The notes beneath the pieces are model-generated. The model made no database searches, was not told the DNA's origin, and worked only from the letters and a program-made list of their open reading frames with translations. From an uncultured Azospirillaceae bacterium (GTDB lineage: Bacteria; Pseudomonadota; Alphaproteobacteria; RF32; CAG-239), in NCBI GenBank assembly GCA_964655915.1, contig CAZZNV010000006.1, forward strand, positions 9,256 through 73,255: 64,000 nt of DNA. The letters run 5' to 3'. Below are positions 51,570 through 60,353 of this stretch, piece after piece. How positions within the stretch are numbered: position 1 is the stretch's first letter; each line of letters begins with the position of its first letter. Both the position numbers and the translations under genes were made by a program.

Positions 51570-52241
51570 CTATGAAACCGCTTGCGTAAAGCTATCCGGA
51601 ATTATTAAATCGGCTCCGGTTGAAGAAATAATATCATCTAAAGAAAATAGTGGATTAATTTCTTTTAATAGCAAGCCGTTATCCGTCATTTCCAACACAC
51701 AACGCTCGGTAATAATCAAATCAACTTCATGTTTAGCCGTCAAAGGCAGTGTGCACCTTTTCACAATGCGCGGGTTTCCGTGTTTATCAGTATGTTCCAT
51801 AGCAATAATAACTCTTTTAGCACCCACGACCAAATCCATAGCCCCGCCCATGCCGGGAACAAAAGCTCCGGGAATCATCCAGTTGGCTAAATTACCTTCA
51901 CTGTCGACTTCTAATGCCCCCAAAACAGTAGCATCAATATGACCGCCGCGAATAATTGTAAAAGACATTATTATATCAAAGAAAGAACCTCCGGGTTTGC
52001 ATCCCACAGCCAAACCGCCGGCATTTGTAACTTTTGCCCGCCCGTCGGCAGAAAAATCACGATGCCCGACACCCAGCAGGCCGTTTTCGGATTGAATCAT
52101 GATATGTGTTTGCGGAGGAATAAAATTGGCAGCCTCAGTCGGCAAACCAATACCTAAGGTGACGACATCTCCTTCATTAAATTCTTGAGCCACGCGGCGA
52201 GCAATAATTTCGCGACATTGTTCTTTATTCAGACTAACCAT
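51570..52241 (-). CDS. 3-oxoacid/acetate CoA-transferase beta subunit
   Basis: LGIGLPT, catalytic QSENG, IRGGH.D.TVLGALEVD..GNLANW and GMGGAMDLV. Confidence 0.93.
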   Translation of the reverse strand: MVSLNKEQCREIIARRVAQEFNEGDVVTLGIGLPTEAANFIPPQTHIMIQSENGLLGVGHRDFSADGRAKVTNAGGLAVGCKPGGSFFDIIMSFTIIRGGHIDATVLGALEVDSEGNLANWMIPGAFVPGMGGAMDLVVGAKRVIIAMEHTDKHGNPRIVKRCTLPLTAKHEVDLIITERCVLEMTDNGLLLKEINPLFSLDDIISSTGADLIIPDSFTQAVS

Positions 52242-52248
52242 CAAAACC

Positions 52249-52890
52249 TCACGCAACAAGATAGTCAACAAAAACCCCAGGGATAGTTACTTCATTGGGA
52301 TCAAGCGGTTCATCACAAATTTCTTCCGGTTCAACAATAACCGTTTGGGCTGCGGTAGCCATTATCGTATTAAAGTTTCTGGTTGTTCCTTCAAGAAAAA
52401 GGTTGCCAAACTTATCGGCTTTGGTTGCGTAAATTAAGGCAAAATCAGCTTTAAGCGGCATTTCAAGCAAAAACTTTTTCCCTTCAATCTCAAGGATTTG
52501 TTTACCTTCTTCAGCTACGGTTCCCACACCGGTAGGGGTCAAAAAACCACCAAGCCCTGCGCCGGCCGCACGAATACGCTCAGCCAAGGTTCCCAAAGGT
52601 ACGAGTTCAACCTCAATTTCTCCGGCATTAAATTGCCTTCCTGTTTCAGGATTTGTTCCGATATGGGTTACAATCGCTTTTTTGACCAGTTTATTGCAAA
52701 TTAACAGCCCTCTGTCCGATTCAGGGATACTGGTATCGTTAGCAATAAGGGTCAATCCTCCGGTTTTGGTTTTGACCAGCTCATCAATAACCTTAGCGGG
52801 GCTTCCACAGCGCAAAAAACCTCCAACCATTAACGAAGAATTGGCAGGTATAAGTTTTCCGGCTTCATCGGCAGCAATAATCTTTTTCAC
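52249..52890 (-). CDS. 3-oxoacid/acetate CoA-transferase alpha subunit
   Basis: MVGGF, HIGTNPE, GTLAERIRAAGAGLGGFLTPTGVGT and RNFN. Confidence 0.93.
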   Translation of the reverse strand: MKKIIAADEAGKLIPANSSLMVGGFLRCGSPAKVIDELVKTKTGGLTLIANDTSIPESDRGLLICNKLVKKAIVTHIGTNPETGRQFNAGEIEVELVPLGTLAERIRAAGAGLGGFLTPTGVGTVAEEGKQILEIEGKKFLLEMPLKADFALIYATKADKFGNLFLEGTTRNFNTIMATAAQTVIVEPEEICDEPLDPNEVTIPGVFVDYLVA

Positions 52891-52950
52891 TAAAATACTT
52901 CCTTTACCAAAAAAAGGCTAACCCTATTAAATATCTCAATTAAACTAAAT

Positions 52951-53445
52951 CTAATAATTGCCCTTTTCCCCAAAAACCTTCAGCCAATTTTGCATGGCTT
53001 CCACAGCTGCTGGGCGGCATTCTTTAATCAATGTTCCAAAAGTATCAGGTTTAAGCAGGTTATAAAGCTCATCATCTCGAAACCCGATGTCTGCGGCGTC
53101 TTTTCTGGTGGCGGCAAAATAAATTTTAGAAATATTGGCCCATTTGCTGGTCATCAAACACATAGGGCAGGGCTCACAACTTGTGTAAAGCGTGCAACCG
53201 GATAAGTCCCATGTGCCCAGTTTTTGGCAAGCTTGTCGGATAGTGTAAACCTCTGCATGAGCCGAGGGGTCATTTTCAGCCAAGACGTGATTGTAACTGG
53301 CAGCAATAAGTTCTCCGTTTTTATAAATGGCAGCGCCAAATGGGCCGCCAACCGGAGAATCCGGCGTTTTAGCCGCTGTGGCAGACATTTCAACAGCCTT
53401 TTTCATAGCTGAAATATCAAAATCAGTGTAATCTTCGTTCATCAT
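52951..53445 (-). CDS. Nucleoside/guanine deaminase (GuaD-like, CDA superfamily)
   Basis: GGPFGA, DPSAHAEV, SCEPCPMC and AA.IGF.D. Confidence 0.9.
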   Translation of the reverse strand: MMNEDYTDFDISAMKKAVEMSATAAKTPDSPVGGPFGAAIYKNGELIAASYNHVLAENDPSAHAEVYTIRQACQKLGTWDLSGCTLYTSCEPCPMCLMTSKWANISKIYFAATRKDAADIGFRDDELYNLLKPDTFGTLIKECRPAAVEAMQNWLKVFGEKGNY

Positions 53446-53616
53446 ATCAGATCCGCTATATCTAAAAATATCGCCCCTTATACACTAAATTTGCAGTTTT
53501 GGCAAGCTTTTGTGTCAACTTATTGATTTTACTTAATATGTGTAATTACACTTTTACTGGCATCAATGAATATTTTGTGATATAATTAAAGAACCAACCT
53601 AAACTTATATTCTATT

Positions 53617-53859
53617 ATGGAGACTATTTTTATACTCATCGTCGCTCTTGTACTTGGTACAATTGCTTGGTATATCGCAAGTTATATCTTAGGAGTTGTT
53701 GCAGTAGTGGCTCTCTTTTATATAGCCGTAAAGTTCGTACTTTGGCTGTGCACTTTGAGCCCGCTCTTCACTATCCTTGCCATCATCGCAGCCATATTGT
53801 TGATAAAACCGACATATTATGTGATAATAGGAATGCTTAGCGAATTAAAAAGCAAATAA
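53617..53859 (+). CDS. Small hydrophobic membrane protein
   Basis: 80 aa, almost entirely hydrophobic; extended -10 element TGaTATAAT at 53578-53586; hairpin at 53873-53913. Confidence 0.65.
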   Translation: METIFILIVALVLGTIAWYIASYILGVVAVVALFYIAVKFVLWLCTLSPLFTILAIIAAILLIKPTYYVIIGMLSELKSK

Positions 53860-53950
53860 TAAGCGATATCTTGAAAGGCCTGATTTCATTGAAAAATGAA
53901 TTCAAGGCCTTTCTTTTTTATCTGACTTCATCTTAAAAATGAAATATTAA

Positions 53951-53979
53951 TTGACAATTTTTGTCTAAAGGCATACAAT
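53951..53979 (+). promoter_or_regulatory. Sigma70-type promoter
   Basis: TTGACA-N17-TACAAT. Confidence 0.7.
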
Positions 53980-54011
53980 ACATACAGTTATTACAAATCA
54001 GGAGATACCTC

Positions 54012-54677
54012 ATGGAAAATGGATATAGAAGTGGAATAGAATCGGCTAAAAAGCCCGCTGAAAGTCGAATTAACATTCCTGAGGAGACATTAAAAAGCGC
54101 AAAGCAAAAGGCTGATGAAGAGGGTCTTGCAGATATGTTGACCAATGAGGCGGATGGCCGTTTGGGAAAAGTTGGAGCTGCAGGGGCTGCGATAGGAGCT
54201 GTGGCTGGCGGTATCGTTCTCATGCCTGAAGGAATGGAACTGGAGCAAGAGGGAGTGGCGCAAGTAAACTATGGAAATAACCACTATACGGAAGTTCCCG
54301 ATAAAGATGCTCACATTGCAGTAGGTGGAGCCAAAATGGTTGGTGGTTTCGGTATGGCTGCTGCTGGTGTCGTTTTATTTGCTGCGGGAACGACTGTTTT
54401 GGTAAATAAGTTTAAGAGGGGCTATCAAAACTCTCCGAAAGCACAGGAATCTGTCGCAAAATTGAAGAGTTTCTATAATGCGGCATCTAAAAAAATTGTT
54501 CGAGGGCTTAAAGAGCAACTATACGAAGGTCCCAATGATATTTTCCATAAAGGAGAATATTTTTATACGATTAGTCCTGCAAAAGTTGATGAACAGGGAA
54601 GGACGGTTGAAATGGGAAAGAAAAAGGTTAATCCGATTAAAAAGGCTCTAAATTGCTTTAGAGGCTCGGCACGATGA
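54012..54677 (+). CDS. Hypothetical protein with two Gly/Ala-rich (glycine-zipper-like) hydrophobic segments
   Basis: AGGAG SD before ATG 54012; GKVGAAGAAIGAVAGGIVL and GGFGMAAAGVVLFAAG. Confidence 0.7.
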   Translation: MENGYRSGIESAKKPAESRINIPEETLKSAKQKADEEGLADMLTNEADGRLGKVGAAGAAIGAVAGGIVLMPEGMELEQEGVAQVNYGNNHYTEVPDKDAHIAVGGAKMVGGFGMAAAGVVLFAAGTTVLVNKFKRGYQNSPKAQESVAKLKSFYNAASKKIVRGLKEQLYEGPNDIFHKGEYFYTISPAKVDEQGRTVEMGKKKVNPIKKALNCFRGSAR

Positions 54678-55024
54678 GCTACACAACGGAAAATAATTTC
54701 GTAATTGCGGAAGGCGAGGCTGGCGATTTATACTTTTTCATAAGCGCCAAGAACGCCCATCCGCAATCTCCGCGTATTGTTTATGACGGTAAGGAGCATG
54801 CCGTGTTTTGGCGTAGCTCGGCACAACACATCATTTTAGACTATATTAATCCGGAAATACGTGAAAAATTGCGTAAGTCGCATGAGGTTATTGTGGTTGA
54901 AACTCTGTGTGACAACATTAAAGAGAGTTACTATGTGCCTATGCAGATTGTTGATGATATTCCCGTTGATTGGAGCAAGATGGGACTGTCTTCATGGGAA
55001 GAACAAGCTCTTAAAGCTCATTAA
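54674..55024 (+). CDS. Hypothetical protein
   Basis: ATGA overlap with the preceding gene; followed by hairpin AAATGCTGCCT...AGGCAGCATTT at 55041-55077. Confidence 0.75.
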   Translation: MSYTTENNFVIAEGEAGDLYFFISAKNAHPQSPRIVYDGKEHAVFWRSSAQHIILDYINPEIREKLRKSHEVIVVETLCDNIKESYYVPMQIVDDIPVDWSKMGLSSWEEQALKAH

Positions 55025-55343
55025 TAAAAAAAAATTTTATAAATGCTGCCTAAAAATATGTCAGGCAGCATTTTTTTGTTGCAAATTAATTTAAATGTGT
55101 ATACAAGGACTCCAACTGAATAGATATTTAAAAATAATTATACACGAACTGTTTTCTTATATGAACAATGAAACGTAGACAACTAACCTTAATTTCAGAA
55201 AAGTTTTTTAATGCTTAACTAATCTCTTGTTCTGCTGAATGTTGATAATTTTAACCAGTTCCTACCTTAAATTTTAATATCAGAAAACACAAACTCGATG
55301 GAAACACCCTTTGTTGTTAAACAGGGGGTGTTTTTTTATCATT

Positions 55344-56219
55344 TTAGAACTTTTCGCCACAGCGTCCGCATTTTATGCAGCCGTTGCAGATTAGTCGACT
55401 GCCGCATTCGGAGCAATGGCTAGCAAAAAAGCGTTGATAAATATCACTTCTGCCAAAAAGATCCTTTTGCAGTTTCAAATTAAAATTGATTTTCTTTCCC
55501 TGATATTGCAAACCGGATTTGTGAGCCATCTTACTTTGCAGAGATTTATCTTTCAGATGGTATGTTTTTCCATCTTTGACAAAATAAGTTCCCGTTTCAA
55601 TAAAACAAAAAGTAACATTCTCAGCCACACATTCATCATAAAGGGTTTTAACCCATTCATAATGCAAAGGACGTGAACCGTCGTAATTTTCACCGCCGCA
55701 AATCACTTGTTCAATAATGCCCTTTTTCAGATAGTCTTTTATACTTACCTTTTCGATAAATGGAGCCACCATAATGCCTTTATGCTTAAAGGGGAGTTCA
55801 AAAAGCAAAGGAATACGCTCATCAGCGCGTTGTTGATTCTCACAAGTTACGTTAAAAAACACATTCTCATAACCGGTTTCCCAATCAGAGGGCAAACATT
55901 GAGCAACCCTTTCAGGGCGTTTGGTGAGCAAGAAGAAAACCACATCAGGACGTTTCTTTATAATTTCCCAAGCTTCCTTCCGCCAAACATCGGCTTCCTC
56001 CAGAAAGAAATCGGAGGTCATGCAAACGCGAAGCTGTTCACCGCTTTTGATTTTATATTCGCCATTTTTATTTTTTTGCAAAGGATAATCAAAGTTGCCT
56101 GTTTTATAAACAAGCGAACCATCTTTATCGCGTTCTTTGTCCAAAAAATACATATAGCAATTTTGGCAGCCTTCGCTTTTTTTGATGCAGCCGTGCCAAG
56201 GGTTCCAAATGTCGTGCAT
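55344..56219 (-). CDS. DUF5131 family radical-SAM-like protein (phage Gp37/Gp68-like)
   Basis: WNPWHGC.K.SEGC.NCY, SDFF, LLTKRP.R and GGE motifs; C-terminal Cys cluster C..CGSRLICNGC..CG.C. Confidence 0.85.
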   Translation of the reverse strand: MHDIWNPWHGCIKKSEGCQNCYMYFLDKERDKDGSLVYKTGNFDYPLQKNKNGEYKIKSGEQLRVCMTSDFFLEEADVWRKEAWEIIKKRPDVVFFLLTKRPERVAQCLPSDWETGYENVFFNVTCENQQRADERIPLLFELPFKHKGIMVAPFIEKVSIKDYLKKGIIEQVICGGENYDGSRPLHYEWVKTLYDECVAENVTFCFIETGTYFVKDGKTYHLKDKSLQSKMAHKSGLQYQGKKINFNLKLQKDLFGRSDIYQRFFASHCSECGSRLICNGCIKCGRCGEKF

Positions 56220-56325
56220 TTTAAAATTTATCCTCTGTTTTCATTTGATAATAGTTTGAATTTTTAGAGATAAAAAGTCAAACAAATTGATGGAATATGT
56301 TATCAAATATCGGCGCTGTTATTTT

Positions 56326-56349
56326 AAATGGTACAAAAAATGGTACAAA
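56326..56349 (+). repeat. Perfect 12-bp tandem direct repeat
   Basis: AAATGGTACAAA twice, ending 4 bp before TTGACA (56354). Confidence 0.85.
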
Positions 56350-56472
56350 GATATTGACAAAAAAGCAAAAAAAGTTTAAGAACTATGCATAATAAATCTA
56401 CTATTGTACCTAAGCATTAAGAAAAATCTCGAAATAAAGAGTATTATTGTTTCACGTTTAAATTTAAGCAAA

Positions 56473-56970
56473 ATGAGAAAATTTAAATTTTTTGCCATGA
56501 TTGCTGTCGTGGCTGCGCTGTTCGTTTCATGTGGTGAAAGCGGCAAAGATGTTAAGGATTCTGCACCGGCTCCCGAGCCCCAGAAAGAGGTCTACAAACC
56601 CGTGAGTCAGTCTGTTGTCATTGATTTGGCTACCGCCAAAAGATATGACTATCGCACCGCGCCGAAGGATGTTCCCGCCAAAGAGGTGAAGGTCACCTAC
56701 AATCAAAAGCGTCCCTACGCTGAGCCGATTGTAATCACCTACACCTACGACAACGGAGACACTTATGTCTACACAATCCCCAAAGATTTCGGGTTGTGGA
56801 AAAACAGCGCCGGCAAGTTCCGTGTCATTACCGACCAGAACAATACCGTATGGCTTCAGGGGCAAAGTAAAAAAGGAAAACCTCACGAGTTTGTTTTCTT
56901 TGGTGATCCCAAATATAACAACACCAAAGTGAAACCCAATTCGTATCGTGGCGAAATCCGGTACCGCTGA
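56473..56970 (+). CDS. Putative lipoprotein, unknown function
   Basis: MRKFKFFAMIAVVAALFVS-C lipobox followed by a PAPEP linker. Confidence 0.8.
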   Translation: MRKFKFFAMIAVVAALFVSCGESGKDVKDSAPAPEPQKEVYKPVSQSVVIDLATAKRYDYRTAPKDVPAKEVKVTYNQKRPYAEPIVITYTYDNGDTYVYTIPKDFGLWKNSAGKFRVITDQNNTVWLQGQSKKGKPHEFVFFGDPKYNNTKVKPNSYRGEIRYR

Positions 56971-56990
56971 CCGAGCGGTTCGTACACAGT

Positions 56991-57029
56991 AAAAAAACAC
57001 CGTTCCTTTAAAAGGAACGGTGTTTTTTT
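56991..57029. terminator. Intrinsic terminator (19-bp perfect inverted repeat)
   Basis: AAAAAAACACCGTTCCTTT-A-AAAGGAACGGTGTTTTTTT. Confidence 0.85.
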
Positions 57030-57137
57030 ACTTCAACATGTCGTTTATAAGTTGAATTTTCTTGCTTTTTTTCAAATTATGTTCATAGTTGTTTGCAATA
57101 AAATAGCAATTAAGTTTAATTTAAAAATTATTCTATT

Positions 57138-57419
57138 ATGGAACATTGGTCAGAAATAGTTCTAGCCTACGGTTGTTTAGGGATAGCCTGGAGCCTGTAT
57201 AGTTTATTTATCTGTGGCAAACACCAAAGGAAAAAAGATTATTTTTCAAGGAATAAATACTTTTTCCGTTTTATTTTCGTTTTTTTATTGATAATGACAA
57301 TCTCAATAGCGCACATAGGCTATTTACTCGGAGTAATGTCGATGCTCTGGCCGATATTTGTTGCAATAGGGGGTGTTATAATTATGTTATACTCAATAAA
57401 TAAAAACTGTAACAAATGA
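57138..57419 (+). CDS. Small membrane protein (about 3 TM helices)
   Basis: 93-aa hydrophobic ORF ending at a terminator. Confidence 0.65.
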   Translation: MEHWSEIVLAYGCLGIAWSLYSLFICGKHQRKKDYFSRNKYFFRFIFVFLLIMTISIAHIGYLLGVMSMLWPIFVAIGGVIIMLYSINKNCNK

Positions 57420-57510
57420 AAAAACAGCACCTTCAAGGTGCTGTTTTTTTTTGAACTGACAATTAATCATCGCTACCAACAGGGGATATAAATTTTGTGG
57501 AACGAAGATA
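57304..57510. repeat. Copy 1 of diverged ~200-bp duplication (gene end + terminator + remnant of convergent gene end)
   Basis: AAACTGTAACAAAT(G)AAAAAACAGCACCTT...AGGTGCTGTTTTTTTT is shared with 59459-59507, and the flanks also align. Confidence 0.85.
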
Positions 57511-57534
57511 ATCTTTCAAAGATGTTTGGAAATA

Positions 57535-59289
57535 TTATTCTTCCGTTGACTGTTTTTCCCCTTTAGTTTCAGTATTTCCGCGGTAAAGATTGCTTAAAAA
57601 TTGTTCTTCAATTTGGCGATATTGTTTCAGCAACCACTGAGATTTGTATAAAACCAACAAAATACCCGCAACAGTGAGATAAGTTATATAAATATTTTTT
57701 GTTAAGAAGTGATTTAAAACCACCATAATATACATGACAAGAATAATCACTCTGAATGCGGTCATAAATATCAATGGAAAACGATTTTTAAGACTGCGCT
57801 GCCACAGTGTATTGTAGATTTTTTTTACCCTTTCTCTCGGGGAAAGTAAGCTTTTCAAAAACGGAGACATCACCGTCAACGTTAAAATCGTCGTCAGGAG
57901 TGAGGCGAGCTGCTCATTTACCAAACGCTGCAACCAGACTTGAACGATAAGAAAATTAATATTTATAATAGCCACCAACACAACCGAACAAACGGATAAT
58001 TTGATGAGATAATTCAAGAACAGTTCTTTCCATAAACTTTCTTCCGCGTTTGTTGCCGGCTTGTCACTAGTGTGCTTATCAATAAATTTCTTACACTTTT
58101 CCGGAAGTAATTTTGAGATTCGTTTATAAAAGGGAAGAGCTGATTTTATCATCATCGGTGTTGTAAATGTTGTTAGAACCGAGACGGCAACAATAATCGG
58201 GTAAACTTGGTCACTTAAAACGCCGACATTCATACCGACAGAGGCAATAATAAACGCAAATTCACCAACCTGAGCCAAAGAAAAACCGCAACGAAGAGCT
58301 GTTTCTAGCGGTCTGCCGGAAAGTAATAACCCCAAGGTTGAAAAGATAACCTGTCCGAGAATGACCAAGATAGTAATAGCCAAAATCGGTTTGGCATAAG
58401 TCACAAACATATCCGGACGAACCATCATACCGACAGAAACGAAAAATACAGCCCCAAAGAAATCTTTTACAGGCTTAAATATTTTTTCAATTTGCCCAAC
58501 AATATCCGTTCCCGCAAGAATAGATCCCATAATAAAAGCGCCAAGAGCCGATGAAAAGCCGAACTGAGTTGCCAGAAGCACCATGCCCAGGCACAATCCG
58601 ATTGAAACCAACAGCAAAATTTCATCATTTAACAGCTTTGAAATCTTTTTCAAAAAAGTCGGAATTAAGTAAATGCCGATGATAAACCATAAAACAAGGA
58701 AAAATGCCAGTTTAAAGGTACTGAAAATCAAAGCCATTCCATCAACATTTTTTCCAACAGCAATAGTAGGCAATAAAACGAGCAGCAAAATACCGACAAT
58801 ATCCTCTACAACCAAAATACCGAACACCAAATCTGTAAACGGCTCTTTTCTCATGTTGAGCTCATCAAAAGCCTTAATAATGATGGTGGTAGAAGACATT
58901 GATATCATTCCGCCCAAAAACAAACTGTCTGTGGTGCTCCAGCCTAACATTAAGCCGACTTGATACCCGAAAAATAACAGGAATAGAATATTGGCATTAG
59001 CCGTTATCATTGCTGATTTGCCGACATTAACAATTTTTTTAAAACTAAATTCCAACCCCAGACTAAAAAGTAAGAAAATAACTCCGATATCAGCCCAAAT
59101 ATGAATATTCTCTTTGTCAGAAATAGTCGGCATAATATCAATATTCGGGCCGACAAAAATACCGGCAAGAACATATCCCAAAACAACGGGTTGTTTTAAC
59201 CACTTGAACAACAAGGTTGTTAGTCCGCCATAGATACTGATTAAGGCTAAATCTCTTATTAAACTGGGTAATTCGCTCATATTCGTCAT
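57535..59289 (-). CDS. Cation:proton antiporter (CPA2, KefC/YbaL-like)
   Basis: LKQPVVLGY..AG, GVIFLLF.LGLEFS, SSTTII.K, EDI, S.ALGAF..G and Q.GEFAFII. Confidence 0.92.
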   Translation of the reverse strand: MTNMSELPSLIRDLALISIYGGLTTLLFKWLKQPVVLGYVLAGIFVGPNIDIMPTISDKENIHIWADIGVIFLLFSLGLEFSFKKIVNVGKSAMITANANILFLLFFGYQVGLMLGWSTTDSLFLGGMISMSSTTIIIKAFDELNMRKEPFTDLVFGILVVEDIVGILLLVLLPTIAVGKNVDGMALIFSTFKLAFFLVLWFIIGIYLIPTFLKKISKLLNDEILLLVSIGLCLGMVLLATQFGFSSALGAFIMGSILAGTDIVGQIEKIFKPVKDFFGAVFFVSVGMMVRPDMFVTYAKPILAITILVILGQVIFSTLGLLLSGRPLETALRCGFSLAQVGEFAFIIASVGMNVGVLSDQVYPIIVAVSVLTTFTTPMMIKSALPFYKRISKLLPEKCKKFIDKHTSDKPATNAEESLWKELFLNYLIKLSVCSVVLVAIININFLIVQVWLQRLVNEQLASLLTTILTLTVMSPFLKSLLSPRERVKKIYNTLWQRSLKNRFPLIFMTAFRVIILVMYIMVVLNHFLTKNIYITYLTVAGILLVLYKSQWLLKQYRQIEEQFLSNLYRGNTETKGEKQSTEE

Positions 59290-59385
59290 TCTAAAATAAA
59301 ATTGTCTGCCGATTATTTTGTATTTATTTTATTAAAAATTGTTAAAAAACGAGATAAAAATTTAATTTTTATAAAAAATATTACC

Positions 59386-59560
59386 CAATGGCGCACATTG
59401 TTTATTTGCTCGGAAAATACTGATGATATGGCGGGTATTTATTGCGACAAAGGGAGCGAAACTGTAACAAATAAAAAACAGCACCTTAGAGGTGCTGTTT
59501 TTTTTGAGTTAATAGTTCGTTACTGCCATCAGTAATACGGCAAACTCTTCCGAAGCACGA
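59386..59560. repeat. Copy 2 of the duplication; 59386-59475 is a pseudogene remnant of the 57138..57419 gene
   Basis: CAATGGCGCACATTGTTTATTTGCTCGGA aligns with CAATAGCGCACATAGGCTATTTACTCGGA (57304); same terminator. Confidence 0.85.
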
Positions 59561-60138
59561 AGGTGGAAATTACCCTGTCGGTCGGCAAGACAATCATACC
59601 CCTTTACCCAAAAACGATTTTCATTTGGTACGGGAAGGTCTTCCGCCATCACGCGCATGGCATTAATTTCAGGCCATACCGCGACAAACAACAGTAACTC
59701 ATCCACCGTCAGTCTCCGAGCGTGGCATTTTGCCTCCCATTGTCGTAACCACTCGCTCCATTCAAACATAACTGTCTCATGCAAGACAAAACTGTCGGTA
59801 ATGCGAATGCCGAGGTATTTACAATCACGCGGCTGCCACTCAGCGGCTTCAAAGCCATCACACCACACATACCGCAAACCGGCTCTGAGCTTGTCAATAT
59901 CTTTCTCCGATAATGGAAAAGACACCGGTTGGGGGACTGCCAACGGAATAATCACTCCGGGATTACGAAAAGCAGGTTCGTATTTCTCAAGACGCCACGA
60001 TCCGCCGGGACCGCTGTAAATACAGGGCTTGGTGCTTTTGGGCAGCTTGGTCTCGGGAGTTGGTTGCGATGATTGTTGCAACTTCCGTTCTTTCTTTTTA
60101 CCGAAAAGAAAGTCTCTGAACTTTTTCAGTCCAATCAT
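59509..60138 (-). CDS. Hypothetical protein
   Basis: ORF ending at the duplicated terminator; likely start ATG 60138 (MIGLKKFRDFLFGKK...); Trp-rich C-terminal domain. Confidence 0.7.
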   Translation of the reverse strand: MIGLKKFRDFLFGKKKERKLQQSSQPTPETKLPKSTKPCIYSGPGGSWRLEKYEPAFRNPGVIIPLAVPQPVSFPLSEKDIDKLRAGLRYVWCDGFEAAEWQPRDCKYLGIRITDSFVLHETVMFEWSEWLRQWEAKCHARRLTVDELLLFVAVWPEINAMRVMAEDLPVPNENRFWVKGYDCLADRQGNFHLRASEEFAVLLMAVTNY

Positions 60139-60353
60139 AATGATAAATTTATATGTTAAACAATTTGGATTAATTATTAAAGAAAGTAATTCTTGACGTA
60201 ACCGAACCATACAACATTTGTTTTTAAATCGCAATATAAAAGTTTGTCGAAATTTGCCTCTTCAAATCCTAAAAACGCAACACTGCACAGCTGCAAAAAT
60301 AAAGTTGGAATTGAACGAAACCGGGGTTCGCCCCGCCTGGTCAGAACAGCACG

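Noticed and set aside
57110-57124. Exact TTAA-N7-TTAA CtrA consensus before an orphan gene
   Set aside because: Lies in an almost pure A/T tract where a chance match is likely
59302-59535. 77-aa ORF between the antiporter and the next orphan
   Set aside because: Reads through the antiporter promoter region, a pseudogene remnant and a terminator; not a plausible gene
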